From the NCBI GenBank assembly GCA_964600765.1, contig CAZRKI010000004.1, forward strand, positions 11,162 through 75,161: 64,000 nucleotides of DNA, read 5' to 3'. Below the pieces are notes generated by a model that saw nothing but the letters and a program-made list of their open reading frames with translations, searched no databases and was not told the DNA's origin. This DNA is from an uncultured Marmoricola sp. (GTDB lineage Bacteria > Actinomycetota > Actinomycetes > Propionibacteriales > Nocardioidaceae). Position numbers and translations under genes: made by a program. The number at the start of each line of letters is the position of its first letter. Positions within the stretch are counted from its first letter, which is position 1. This document shows positions 9,445-19,121 of the stretch, piece after piece.

Positions 9445-10302
9445 TCAGATCCCCATTGGGTGCCACACGGTCTTGGTCTCCAGGAAGGTGGTCATCCGGG
9501 TCAGGCCCGGTTCGGCAAGCAGGTCTTCCACCCCGGCGCGACGGATCCGTTTCAGGTTCACTGCGGCCTCTGCCTCCAGGCTGCTGGCCAGTTCTGGATC
9601 GGAAACGCCGGTCAGATCGATGCCATTCACATCCAGGTGTGAGGCCAACCAGGGGGCCAGCTCTGCCTGGGGGCCGGTCAGGATGTTGACCACACCACCG
9701 GGTAGGTCGCTGGTGGCCATCACCTCAGCCAGGGTGATTGCGGTCAGCGGGTGTGGCTCTGAGGCGATCGCCACACAGGTATTGCCAGTGGTGATTACCG
9801 GGGCCAGCACGCTGACCAGGCCCAGGAGAGGTCCACTTGGGGCCACGATGGCGATCACTCCGCTTGGCTCCGGGGTGGAATGGTTGAAGTAGGGGCCGGC
9901 AACTGGGTTGGCGCCACCGGTAACCTGCGCCACCTTGTCCGCCCATCCGGCGTACCAGACCAGACGGTCAATGGCAGCATCAACGTATTGGCGGGACTTT
10001 GCGACTGCAATGCCTTCCTGTGCCCTCAATTCGGACTCAAACTGGGTTCGCCGGCCTTCCAGGACCTCGGCGATCCGGTAGATGATCTGACCCCGGTTGT
10101 ACGCCGTCCGGCCGGCCCACCCGGAGAAGGCGGCTCGGGCGGCTTGGACTGCGTCCCTGGCGTCCTTGCGGGAGGCATGGGCGACATTGGCCAGGAAGTT
10201 GCCGCTGGCGTCGTGAATCGGTTGGCTACGGCCGGATTCGGACCTGGGGAACTCGCCATTCAGGTACAACTTATAGGTCTTGCGCACATCGAGTCTGGGC
10301 AT
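9445..10302 (-). CDS. Short aldehyde-dehydrogenase-family protein without the catalytic domain
   Basis: N-terminal ALDH fold (LYLNGEF, YAGWADK, LPGGVVNILTG) and C-terminal ETKTVW strand, but no PWNFP, ELGGK or catalytic Cys. Start set at ATG 10302, with GGAGG at 10311-10315. Confidence 0.85.
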   Translation of the reverse strand: MPRLDVRKTYKLYLNGEFPRSESGRSQPIHDASGNFLANVAHASRKDARDAVQAARAAFSGWAGRTAYNRGQIIYRIAEVLEGRRTQFESELRAQEGIAVAKSRQYVDAAIDRLVWYAGWADKVAQVTGGANPVAGPYFNHSTPEPSGVIAIVAPSGPLLGLVSVLAPVITTGNTCVAIASEPHPLTAITLAEVMATSDLPGGVVNILTGPQAELAPWLASHLDVNGIDLTGVSDPELASSLEAEAAVNLKRIRRAGVEDLLAEPGLTRMTTFLETKTVWHPMGI

Positions 10303-10303
10303 C

Positions 10304-11809
10304 TCAGTTACCTCCTGTCGTTGCGGGAGCCAGGTAGGCGGCCAGGCCGTGGCGTCCGCCCTCTCGACCAAATCCGGATTCCTTGTAGCCCCCGAAAGGA
10401 CTGGCCGGATCAAATCGGTTGAACGTATTTGCCCAGACCACGCCAGCTCTCAGCTGGTTGGCCAGCCACAGGCTTCGGGAGCCCTTCTCGGTCCAGATTC
10501 CGGCGGATAGTCCGTAAGGGGTGTTGTTGGCCTTCTCGACGGCTTCCCGGGGAGTGCGGAAGGTCAACACGGAGAGCACCGGGCCGAAGATTTCCTCCCT
10601 GGCGATGCGATGTGACTGGCTCACCTCGGTGAACACTGTCGGGGGGAACCAGTAGCCACGTTCAGGCAGTGTGCAATCCGGTGCCCATCGGTGGGCGCCC
10701 TCTGCTACTCCGCTGGTCACCAGAGCGGTAATTCTCTCCAATTGTTCAGCGGAGTTGATCGCGCCGATGTCGGTGTTCTTGTCCAACGGGTCACCTACCC
10801 GAAGTGACTGCATCCGATGCCTGAGCCGTTCACCCACCTCTTCTGCAATCGACTCCTGCACCAACAACCTGGAACCCGCGCAGCACACGTGACCCTGATT
10901 GAAGAAGATGCCATTGATGATGCCCTCCACGGCCTGGTCAATCGGGGCATCGTCAAAGACAATATTGGCTGCCTTGCCGCCCAGTTCCAGAGTGATCGAC
11001 TTATCGGTACCAGCTACCTGGCGTGCGATCGACCGGCCTACGTCGGTGGAGCCGGTGAAGGCGATCTTGTTGATGTCCGGATGGGCCACCAGTTCAGCAC
11101 CGGTTTCCCCAGCCCCGGTGATGATATTCACCACCCCGGCAGGGAGATCGGCCTGCTGGCAGATCTCGGCGAACAACAATGCCGTCAAGGGCGTGGTCTC
11201 TGCTGGCTTGAGTACGACGGTGTTCCCGGTGGCCAGAGCCGGAGCGATCTTCCAGGCAAGCATCAGGAACGGAAAATTCCACGGGATGATCTGGCCAGCC
11301 ACCCCAATCGGACGGGGGTCGGTACCCAGGCCCGCGTAGGCGAGCTTGTCTGCCCAACCGGCGTAGTAGAAGAAGTGTGCCGCAGCTGTCGGGATGTCGA
11401 CATCACGGGATTCCTTGATTGGCTTGCCGTTGTCCAAGGACTCGAGAACGGCAATTTCCCGGGCCCGCTCCTGGATGATGCGGGCAATCCGGAAGAGGTA
11501 TTTGCCACGTTCGGCTCCTTTGAGCCCGGACCATCTGGGGAAGGCGCGTCTGGCGGCAGCCACGGCCTTTTGCACGTCCCCAGATGTTGCCACCGCGACT
11601 TCGCTGAGGACTTCCTCCGTTGCTGGGTTGATGGTGCTGATGGAGGTGCCCGTACCGGCGCAGAATTCACCGTTGATGAACAGGCCATGACTGGAGGCAA
11701 TGTTGACGATGCTGGTTGATTCCGGCGCCGGGGCGTACTCGAACCCGGCTGCGGTGCGTGCGGGAGCCGTGGTGGTCGGGGGCTCCATCTGGGTCTTCTT
11801 GGTTGCCAT
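10304..11809 (-). CDS. NAD-dependent aldehyde dehydrogenase (full length)
   Basis: IPWNFP, LKPAETTP, FTGST, LELGGK, FFNQGHVCCAGSR, EEIFGPV and FGGYKESGFGRE motifs. Confidence 0.96.
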   Translation of the reverse strand: MATKKTQMEPPTTTAPARTAAGFEYAPAPESTSIVNIASSHGLFINGEFCAGTGTSISTINPATEEVLSEVAVATSGDVQKAVAAARRAFPRWSGLKGAERGKYLFRIARIIQERAREIAVLESLDNGKPIKESRDVDIPTAAAHFFYYAGWADKLAYAGLGTDPRPIGVAGQIIPWNFPFLMLAWKIAPALATGNTVVLKPAETTPLTALLFAEICQQADLPAGVVNIITGAGETGAELVAHPDINKIAFTGSTDVGRSIARQVAGTDKSITLELGGKAANIVFDDAPIDQAVEGIINGIFFNQGHVCCAGSRLLVQESIAEEVGERLRHRMQSLRVGDPLDKNTDIGAINSAEQLERITALVTSGVAEGAHRWAPDCTLPERGYWFPPTVFTEVSQSHRIAREEIFGPVLSVLTFRTPREAVEKANNTPYGLSAGIWTEKGSRSLWLANQLRAGVVWANTFNRFDPASPFGGYKESGFGREGGRHGLAAYLAPATTGGN

Positions 11810-11813
11810 CTGA

Positions 11814-12776
11814 TCAGTCCAGGGTGAAGTAGTCGGGGCCGCTGTAACGGCCGGTTTTCATCTTCGTGCGTTGCATCAGCAGATCATTGAGCAGGGTGGA
11901 TGCCCCGAATCGGAACCAGTCCGGGTGCAACCATTGGGGCCCTGCCACCTCATTGACCATCACCAGGTATTTGATGGCATCCTTGGCGGTCCTGATCCCA
12001 CCCGCAGGTTTGACGCCGATCATCTGCCCCGTGACTGCTCTGAAATCGCGGACCGCTTCCAACATCACCAGGGTGACCGGAAGGGTTGCCGCGGGTTGGA
12101 TCTTTCCGGTGGAGGTCTTGATGAAGTGGGCGCCGGCCAGCATCGCCAACCAGGAGGCTCGCCTGACATTGTCATAGGTTTGCAGTTCCCCGGTTTCGAG
12201 GATCACCTTCAGGTGTGCAGCTCCGCAGACTGCACGAACCGCAGCGATCTCCTCGAATACCTGCAGGTAGTGACCGGACAGGAATGCGCCTCGGTCAATT
12301 ACCATGTCAATCTCATCTGCCCCCGCGGCCACTGCTGACTCGGTGTCAGCCAGCTTGATCTCCAGGGCTGCTCTGCCGCTTGGGAAGGCAGTGGCAACTG
12401 AGGCTACTTTCACATTGCTGGTGCCCAGGGTCTCCCGGGCCTGGGGGACCAGGTCTGGGTACACACAGACCGCTGCCACCTGTGGACAGGTTGGGTCGGC
12501 TGGGTCCGGGTGGGCGGCCTTGGTGGCCAGCGCGTGGACCTTGCCCCGGGTGTCTGCTCCTTCCAGCGTGGTCAGGTCAACCATCGAGATGGCCAGGTCA
12601 AGGGCTGCCGCCTTGGAACTGGTCTTGATGGAGCGGGTACCAAGAGCTGCGGCTCGCTGTTCGGCACCAACCTGATCCACCCCGGGCAGGCCATTCAGGA
12701 AACGTTTGAGAGCAGCATCAGAACTGGCTACTTCGGACAGATGGTGCCAACCATCCGGCGGGCTGATCAGAGTCAC
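11814..12776 (-). CDS. deoC: Deoxyribose-phosphate aldolase (long actinobacterial form)
   Basis: VDLTTLEG, DEIDMVI, LKVILETGEL, FIKTSTGK, VKPAGGIR and RFGASTLL motifs. Start set at GTG 12776, 7 nt after a TAGACT -10. Confidence 0.94.
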   Translation of the reverse strand: MTLISPPDGWHHLSEVASSDAALKRFLNGLPGVDQVGAEQRAAALGTRSIKTSSKAAALDLAISMVDLTTLEGADTRGKVHALATKAAHPDPADPTCPQVAAVCVYPDLVPQARETLGTSNVKVASVATAFPSGRAALEIKLADTESAVAAGADEIDMVIDRGAFLSGHYLQVFEEIAAVRAVCGAAHLKVILETGELQTYDNVRRASWLAMLAGAHFIKTSTGKIQPAATLPVTLVMLEAVRDFRAVTGQMIGVKPAGGIRTAKDAIKYLVMVNEVAGPQWLHPDWFRFGASTLLNDLLMQRTKMKTGRYSGPDYFTLD

Positions 12777-12800
12777 CCAATGCAGTCTAGGGTGTGCTGC
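12777..12800. promoter_or_regulatory. Overlapping divergent -10 elements (TAGACT on minus, 12784-12789; TAGGGT on plus, 12788-12793) for two leaderless genes
   Basis: Each hexamer lies exactly 7 nt from an in-frame GTG (12776 on minus, 12801 on plus). Confidence 0.55.
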
Positions 12801-13349
12801 GTGACCCGGGTGCAAAGACAGGCAGGAAGCTCCTATGGCCCAGGTCGCAGCCTGCCACAGGCGATTGTGGGCATCGTGATCTGCGGGTCCGGCCTGGTGT
12901 CGGTTCTTCTGGCTGACCCACACTGGCGGGACCTGAGGGTGGTCATTGCTCTGTTGTTGGGCATCTGGGTGATCCATGTGGTGTTATTGCGGCCCCGGGT
13001 CTACCTCACTCCCGAACTGCTCACTATTCGCGGCTCCCTGCGTGACGTTGAGATTCCGATCAGTCTGATTGAACGGGTGTTGATTGGTGGTTACACCAGA
13101 GTGGTGACCACTCAGGGAATCTTCGCCACGCCGGTGATTGCCAGGCCCAGACGGATCTCACGATTACCTGGAGGACAGGATGGCCTGAGCGAGGCTGATC
13201 TGTTTGAACAAGAACTCATGACCCTCATCCGCAATCCCACCCCAAACCCAGGAGCGTCCAGAACGGTTAGGCGTAGCGGGGCAGCACTGGAATCAGCGAT
13301 CCTGTTGTTGCTGTTGGCGCTGCTGGGAGTTTCATTCTCATTCAGTTGA
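12801..13349 (+). CDS. Membrane protein with a bacterial PH-like domain
   Basis: Two N-terminal TMs, then RPRVYLTPELLTIRGSLRDVEIP (bPH-like) and a C-terminal TM. The start is inferred. Confidence 0.6.
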   Translation: MTRVQRQAGSSYGPGRSLPQAIVGIVICGSGLVSVLLADPHWRDLRVVIALLLGIWVIHVVLLRPRVYLTPELLTIRGSLRDVEIPISLIERVLIGGYTRVVTTQGIFATPVIARPRRISRLPGGQDGLSEADLFEQELMTLIRNPTPNPGASRTVRRSGAALESAILLLLLALLGVSFSFS

Positions 13350-14036
13350 GGTCTGTGGTAACTGCACCCGGCCGGTGTCCGGCTTCTCCCCATTGGCGAC
13401 TGCCTGAAGTCGTTGCCAGGCTGCCTTGGTGATCGCCCGGGCCACGGGTTCATCCGTTGCTGAGTAGTTCAAATAGGTGACAGCCAGCAGGTTGTTGTCC
13501 TTGATTGCGTGGGTGAGCCACAGTCCTGTTGGTATCTTCAGCCCCTTGGTGCTGGAAACCTCGCCCAGCCCGGTGGTGTTCAACTGTGCTTCGCTGTCTC
13601 GTAGCCGTCGCTTTTCATCGTGTTGCACTTTCATGTCAAACCGACTGGTCTGCCCCTCGATGGCCACTTCCGTGCATCTCTTGGCTTGTTCCCTGATCGC
13701 CGCCATGACCACTTTGGCCTGGTCCCGGTCGGCATAACTGCGCACCTCCACCCGCACCGCTGGGAGGCCAGAAAGACTGTCGTTGCCGAACTGAACTGCT
13801 GAATGGGCCGCTGGCTTTACATCGGCTGCTCCGCTGAAGTTGCTCATCTCCTCGATGCAGCCCAATTTGGTGGTGAGGGGTTCGGATTCACCACTGATGA
13901 ATGTGGGGCCGATATTTGTTTTGGTGAGCAGCGCCTGCTCAACCTGTTTGGCGGTCAGGGGTTCCGGGGCGCCACACCCGGAAAGGGTCAGGAATGCGAT
14001 GGCCAGGCTCAACTGGGCGCAGAATTTGATCAGCAA
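13338..14036 (-). CDS. Lipoprotein, possibly with a PknH-like extracellular sensor fold
   Basis: Lipobox LSGC; ALLTxxNIG at the start of the domain and two Cys (GCIEE, KRCTE) spaced as in PknH_C-like proteins. Confidence 0.55.
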   Translation of the reverse strand: MLIKFCAQLSLAIAFLTLSGCGAPEPLTAKQVEQALLTKTNIGPTFISGESEPLTTKLGCIEEMSNFSGAADVKPAAHSAVQFGNDSLSGLPAVRVEVRSYADRDQAKVVMAAIREQAKRCTEVAIEGQTSRFDMKVQHDEKRRLRDSEAQLNTTGLGEVSSTKGLKIPTGLWLTHAIKDNNLLAVTYLNYSATDEPVARAITKAAWQRLQAVANGEKPDTGRVQLPQTSTE

Positions 14037-14102
14037 CAGTGACTCCCTCGGGTTATGGACCGATGCTACGGCGTATCAATCCGGCACCGATAGGCTGGTC
14101 CA

Positions 14103-15269
14103 ATGAGTTTTGCCCTGTCTGAGGAACATGAACAGTTTCGCCGCTCGGTAAGAGATTTTGCCGAGCAGGCCATTGCTCCCCATGTGGCCCAATGGGACCG
14201 GGACCACCATTTTCCGGTGCCGGTGATCCAACAGATGGGGGAGCTGGGGCTATTCGGACTCACCGCGCCGGAGGAGTACGGAGGCAGTGGGGGTGACTTC
14301 ACCAGTCTGTGTGTCGCGATTGAGGAGATTGGTCGGGTTGATCAGGCACTCGGAATCACCCTGGAGGCCGGAGTTGGCCTGGGCATCAACCCGATCCTTG
14401 AGCATGGAACCGATGAGCAGAAGCAGACCTGGTTGCCGGATTTGGTCAGTGGGACCAAATTGGCCGGGTTCGGACTTACCGAGCCCGGTGCTGGTTCAGA
14501 TGCTGGTGCCACTCGAACCCGAGCCGAACTGCTGGACGGCCAGTGGCTGATCAACGGATCCAAGCAGTTCATCACCAACTCGGGTTCGGAGATCACTTCG
14601 CTGGTGACGGTGACGGCCCGAACCGGCGAATTACCCAGTGGGAAACCGGAGATCTCCACAATCATCGTCCCCTCCGGTACGCCTGGTTTCACCGCTGAGA
14701 AGGGCTATGACAAGCTCGGCTGGAATATTTCTGATACCCATCCACTCAGCTTTGTGGACGTACGGGTCCCAGAGGCCAACCTGCTCGGTCAAAGGGGTCG
14801 TGGCTATGCCCAGTTCCTGGCTGCTCTCGATGACGGGCGGGTGGCAATCTCGGCGCTGGCGGTGGGCTGCATCCAGGCCTGTTTGGATTTCTCGGTCAGG
14901 TATGCCAATGAACGCACCGCCTTTGGTGCCCCGATTGGGCGCAAGCAGGGTGTTGCATTCCAGATCGCCGACCTCCAGGTGATGGCCACTGCCGCTCGGG
15001 CGCTCACCTATCAGGCAGCCTGGATGAAGGACGTGGGACGTCCCATGCAGGAGTTCAAGCAAGCAGCCAGTGTGGCGAAGTTGTACTCGTCCGAGGCGGC
15101 AGTGAGTGCCACCCGGATTGCCACCCAGGTGGCTGGAGGTTATGGCTTCATGGAGGAGAACCCAATGGCCCGGTTCTATCGGGACGCCAAGATCCTTGAG
15201 ATCGGCGAGGGCACCTCAGAGGTGCAACGGATGCTGATTGCGCGCGGTCTCGGACTTCCCGTTGAATAG
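14103..15269 (+). CDS. Acyl-CoA dehydrogenase (short/branched-chain type)
   Basis: FGLTEPGAGSDAG, NGSKQFITN, DDGRVAISA, GGYGFMEE and YRDAKILEIGEGTSEVQR motifs. Confidence 0.95.
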   Translation: MSFALSEEHEQFRRSVRDFAEQAIAPHVAQWDRDHHFPVPVIQQMGELGLFGLTAPEEYGGSGGDFTSLCVAIEEIGRVDQALGITLEAGVGLGINPILEHGTDEQKQTWLPDLVSGTKLAGFGLTEPGAGSDAGATRTRAELLDGQWLINGSKQFITNSGSEITSLVTVTARTGELPSGKPEISTIIVPSGTPGFTAEKGYDKLGWNISDTHPLSFVDVRVPEANLLGQRGRGYAQFLAALDDGRVAISALAVGCIQACLDFSVRYANERTAFGAPIGRKQGVAFQIADLQVMATAARALTYQAAWMKDVGRPMQEFKQAASVAKLYSSEAAVSATRIATQVAGGYGFMEENPMARFYRDAKILEIGEGTSEVQRMLIARGLGLPVE

Positions 15270-15272
15270 CTG

Positions 15273-15833
15273 ATGCACGAGACTGCCCGGCGGGTCGGGG
15301 GAGAAGCAGCGAAGTTCACCATGGTGAACATCGTGGCCACTGCCGTTGCTCTGGTTGGTTTCAACTTCCTGGTGCATGGCGCCAAGGGCTTGTTCGCTGG
15401 CCCCCTGCACAGTTATCCGCTGACCGCTTATGTGCTGGCCAACAGCCTGGGGATGGTGATTAGTTTCCTGGGGTCACGCCATGTCGTGTTCCGGGATCGG
15501 CGTCCAATTGGGCCCGGTGGCGGTGTGGTCGTCTTTGCGGTGATCAACCTGTCCTCATTCGCGATTCCGATGTTCTGTCTGTGGTTCTCGCGGAATGTGC
15601 TGGAGAACAACTCGATCTGGATGGACAACCTCTCCGGTAACCTGATCGGCGGCACCATGGCCACCCTGTTCCGGTTCTGGGCCTTTCGCCGATTTGCTTT
15701 CAAGCGTCATCACATCACCTGGAAGGATCGCAACGAGGCCTACGCGCACCTGGTCTCAGAGGGTGATGAATCCGGTTGGAATGAGGACGAGGATGACCTC
15801 AGCCGCCCGGTCGTTGACGCCACAGATCCGTGA
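15273..15833 (+). CDS. GtrA-family small flippase-like membrane protein
   Basis: About four TMs; AKFTMVNIVAT, SFLGSRHVVFRDR and FRFWAFRRFAF patterns; acidic C-terminal tail. Confidence 0.82.
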   Translation: MHETARRVGGEAAKFTMVNIVATAVALVGFNFLVHGAKGLFAGPLHSYPLTAYVLANSLGMVISFLGSRHVVFRDRRPIGPGGGVVVFAVINLSSFAIPMFCLWFSRNVLENNSIWMDNLSGNLIGGTMATLFRFWAFRRFAFKRHHITWKDRNEAYAHLVSEGDESGWNEDEDDLSRPVVDATDP

Positions 15834-16407
15834 TCTCATAGCCGAGTTCAGCAAGCAGCAGTCGGATCAGCGGAAGGCTGATCCCGATCACATTTGAGGG
15901 ATCGCCGGTAATCCCGGAGATGAATGGGCCGGCCAATCCGTCCAGTGTGAAGGCGCCGGCGACCGCGGTTGGCTCACCGGTGGCCACGTAAGCCTCGATT
16001 TCCTCGTCGGTGATCGTTGCGAACCGCACCTGAGTGGCTGCGCTCCGGGAGACCCAGACCTCGCGCTGGGTGTCAACCAGACAGTGGCCGGTGTGGAGCA
16101 CTCCATAATGCCCACGCATCTGTTGCCAGCGTTCCCGGGCCTCGATGGCATCCAGTGGCTTTCCGAAAACCTGGCCCTGGAACTCAAGCAGTGAATCACA
16201 GCCGATGATCAATGAATTGGGCTGGTTGGCCGCTACCGCGACTGCCTTGAGTTGGGCCAGTTTCAGACTCAACTCCGCTGGGGTGTCAGCGTCGATCCCG
16301 TGCTCATTGACCCCACTGACGATCACCTCGGGATCCAACCCAGCCCCCTGCAGGACCTTCAGTCGCGCCGGTGAGGCGGAGGCCAGGATCAATCTCGGAA
16401 TGGTCAC
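15799..16407 (-). CDS. maf: Maf-family nucleoside triphosphate pyrophosphatase
   Basis: LILASASPAR, LAQLKA, IIGCDS, FGKP, AGAFTLDG and NVIGISL motifs. Confidence 0.94.
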   Translation of the reverse strand: MTIPRLILASASPARLKVLQGAGLDPEVIVSGVNEHGIDADTPAELSLKLAQLKAVAVAANQPNSLIIGCDSLLEFQGQVFGKPLDAIEARERWQQMRGHYGVLHTGHCLVDTQREVWVSRSAATQVRFATITDEEIEAYVATGEPTAVAGAFTLDGLAGPFISGITGDPSNVIGISLPLIRLLLAELGYEITDLWRQRPGG

Positions 16408-16424
16408 CCGGGAAGCCTAGGAGG

Positions 16425-16658
16425 TCAGCGGGGCAGAGCGCTCACCCGCCACGCCCCCGGGCGTGGGTGGTGTACATCGCGAGTGGCCCGGTGGGGTGCC
16501 GCCCAGGTGGTTCTGGGTGCCGGGGTGGATGGTGTCGAGGTTCCGCTGGCGGCCAGTACGGCGACCAGCGCCGCCACCTCCTCGGCGGTGGCATTCGGCG
16601 TGATCACCCGCAAAACAGCAGGTGTTACTTCCCCTTCAGGCTGCTGATTCCCGGTCAC
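16425..16658 (-). CDS. accE: Acyl-CoA carboxylase epsilon subunit
   Basis: [20 protein letters not shown]...W...GAWRVSALP pattern; directly downstream of the beta subunit. Confidence 0.88.
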   Translation of the reverse strand: MTGNQQPEGEVTPAVLRVITPNATAEEVAALVAVLAASGTSTPSTPAPRTTWAAPHRATRDVHHPRPGAWRVSALPR

Positions 16659-18274
16659 AGCGGGATATTCCCATGCTTCTTGGGCGGAAGGGTTTCCCGC
16701 TTGGTCTCAAGCAGACGCAGGGCCCTGACCACTTCGAGTCGGGTTTCGTGCGGAGAGATGACCGCATCCACATAGCCACGCTCGGCGGCAATGTAGGGAT
16801 TGGCCAGGGTGTCCTCGTATTCGCTGATCAACTCCGCGCGCCGGGCCTCGACATCGCCACCGGCTTCCTCGATCTTCTTCAATTCCTTGCGGTGCAGGAT
16901 GTTGGCCGCACCCTGGGCACCCATCACCGCGATCTGTGCGGTTGGCCAGGCCAGGCTGATGTCGGAGCCAAGGTGCTTGGACCCCATCACGTCGTAGGCG
17001 CCGCCATATGCCTTGCGGGTGATCACGGTAACCAGCGGCACGGTGGCTTCTGAGTAGGCGTAGATCAGTTTCGCGCCCCGGCGGATGATTCCATTCCACT
17101 CCTGGTCGGTGCCGGGCAGGAATCCGGGCACGTCAACGAAGGTGAGGACAGGGATGTTGAAGGCATCACAGGTGCGTACGAAACGGGCTGCCTTCTCCGA
17201 GGCATCGATGTCCAGGGTGCCAGCAAACTGCATCGGCTGGTTGGCCACAATGCCAACGGACTTCCCCTCGACCCGCCCATAGCCAATGATGATATTCGGC
17301 GCGAAGAGCTCCATCACCTCGAGGAATTCCTCATCGTCCAGGACGGTTCGGATCACCTCATGCATGTCATAGGGCTGGTTGGGGGAGTCCGGGATGATGG
17401 TGTCCAGCGCCCGATCCTCATCGGTGAAGTCCATATCCGCGGGAGCAGCAAAAGTGGGCACCGGATCCAGATTGTTCTGGGGCAGATAGGACAGCAGGGC
17501 CTTCACATATTCAATCGCGTCATCCTCATCGGCAGCCATGTAATGGGCATTGCCCGACTTGGTGTTGTGGGTGCGGGCGCCGCCGAGTTCCTCCATGGTG
17601 ACGTCCTCACCAGTGACGGTCTTGATCACATCAGGCCCGGTAATGAACATATTGGAGGTGCCGTCGACCATGACGGTGAAATCGGTGACAGCGGGTGAGT
17701 AAACGTGTCCGCCAGCGCAGGAGCCCATGATCATGCTGATCTGGGGAATCACACCAGAGGCGTGGACATTGCGACGGAAGATCTCGCCGTAAAGGCCCAG
17801 GGACACCACGCCTTCCTGGATCCGGGCGCCAGCGCCCTCGTTGATGCCCACGATCGGAGCGCCGGTCTTGATGGCCAGGTCCATGACCTTGCAGATCTTT
17901 TCCCCGTAGACCTCGCCAAGTGATCCACCAAAGATGGTGAAATCCTGGGAGAAGACGCACACCTGGCGACCGTCCACGGTGCCGTAGCCGGTGATCACTC
18001 CATCTCCATATGGGCGGTTCTTCTGCTGACCGAAGGCGGTGGACCGGTGCCTGGCCAACTCATCCAACTCCACGAAGCTGCCCTCATCGAAAAGCGCCTC
18101 GATCCGCTCGCGGGCGGTCTTCTTGCCCTTCGCATGCTGCTTCTCAACAGCCTTGGCCGATGCGGCGTGGACGGCTTCATCGATACGTCGATCCAGATCG
18201 GCCAGCTTGCCAGCGGTCGTGTGAATATCGATGTCGGTGGGTACGTCAGTGCCCTCGCCGGGTTTTGCGCTCAC
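16655..18274 (-). CDS. accD: Acyl-CoA (propionyl-CoA) carboxylase beta subunit, AccD5/PccB-like
   Basis: [42 protein letters not shown] and KKHGNIPL motifs. Start set at GTG 18274, with AAGGAG at 18281-18286 on the minus strand. Confidence 0.95.
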   Translation of the reverse strand: MSAKPGEGTDVPTDIDIHTTAGKLADLDRRIDEAVHAASAKAVEKQHAKGKKTARERIEALFDEGSFVELDELARHRSTAFGQQKNRPYGDGVITGYGTVDGRQVCVFSQDFTIFGGSLGEVYGEKICKVMDLAIKTGAPIVGINEGAGARIQEGVVSLGLYGEIFRRNVHASGVIPQISMIMGSCAGGHVYSPAVTDFTVMVDGTSNMFITGPDVIKTVTGEDVTMEELGGARTHNTKSGNAHYMAADEDDAIEYVKALLSYLPQNNLDPVPTFAAPADMDFTDEDRALDTIIPDSPNQPYDMHEVIRTVLDDEEFLEVMELFAPNIIIGYGRVEGKSVGIVANQPMQFAGTLDIDASEKAARFVRTCDAFNIPVLTFVDVPGFLPGTDQEWNGIIRRGAKLIYAYSEATVPLVTVITRKAYGGAYDVMGSKHLGSDISLAWPTAQIAVMGAQGAANILHRKELKKIEEAGGDVEARRAELISEYEDTLANPYIAAERGYVDAVISPHETRLEVVRALRLLETKRETLPPKKHGNIPL

Positions 18275-18320
18275 GAAAGACTCCTTGTGGATGTTGGTGC
18301 CATCGGCCAATCTATTCTCC

Positions 18321-19109
18321 ATGAACTCAGCAGTCGATGCTCGCCCACCCCTTGAACCAAACAGATTGCGTCTGACCGAGCCCTTTCGGGTGGAGGTGGT
18401 TGAGTCGCTGCCCTCAACCAACCAGGAGTTGGGGGATCGCTTCACGGGTGGTGCTGGAGAAGGCCTGGTGCTGGTTGCTGAACACCAGACCTCAGGTCGC
18501 GGTCGCCTGGATCGGGAATGGGTCACCCCGGCCCGATCCGCAATTACTGCTTCCCTGCTGCTGACACCGCAGGTACCTGCGGTGCGGTGGACCTGGCTTC
18601 CGTTGCTGACCGGTCTGGCGGCAACACAGGCGATTCGTGACACTACGTCACTAGTGCCCACCCTGAAGTGGCCAAATGATGTGCTACTGGAGGGGCGCAA
18701 GGTCGGCGGGATCCTCCTGGAACGGATCGACCTGGGCCCGCGTGCGGCAGCGATTGTGGGTATCGGTCTCAATGTGCACCAGACCCAGGCAGAACTCCCG
18801 GTGCCGGAGGCCACCTCCATTGCGATTCAGGGTGCTGATGTGGACCGAACTGAGTTGCTGCAATCCCTGGTCAACGCCTTCAGCCAGGAGTACTCCCTAT
18901 GGATCGCCGGATCCGATCCTCGCGAGCGCTATCTTGCTGAGTGCGGAACCGTCGGCCAGGAGGTGGTGGTTCACACCATCACCGAGGATGTGGTTGGTGT
19001 GGTGACAGACATCGATGACAGCGGGCAGCTGGTGGTGGACACCGACTCCGGAACCAGGCATCTTGCTGTGGGTGATGTGGAATATGTCCGTCCACAGGCC
19101 GGGATCTGA
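18321..19109 (+). CDS. birA: Biotin-[acetyl-CoA carboxylase] ligase (no HTH domain)
   Basis: [34 protein letters not shown] and GIGLNV motifs. The start is approximate. Confidence 0.93.
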   Translation: MNSAVDARPPLEPNRLRLTEPFRVEVVESLPSTNQELGDRFTGGAGEGLVLVAEHQTSGRGRLDREWVTPARSAITASLLLTPQVPAVRWTWLPLLTGLAATQAIRDTTSLVPTLKWPNDVLLEGRKVGGILLERIDLGPRAAAIVGIGLNVHQTQAELPVPEATSIAIQGADVDRTELLQSLVNAFSQEYSLWIAGSDPRERYLAECGTVGQEVVVHTITEDVVGVVTDIDDSGQLVVDTDSGTRHLAVGDVEYVRPQAGI

Positions 19110-19121
19110 GAGGATTGCCCC

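Noticed and set aside
18275-18820. N-terminal extension of the accD ORF to 721 aa
   Set aside because: It overlaps birA on the other strand; homology and an SD support the start at 18274.
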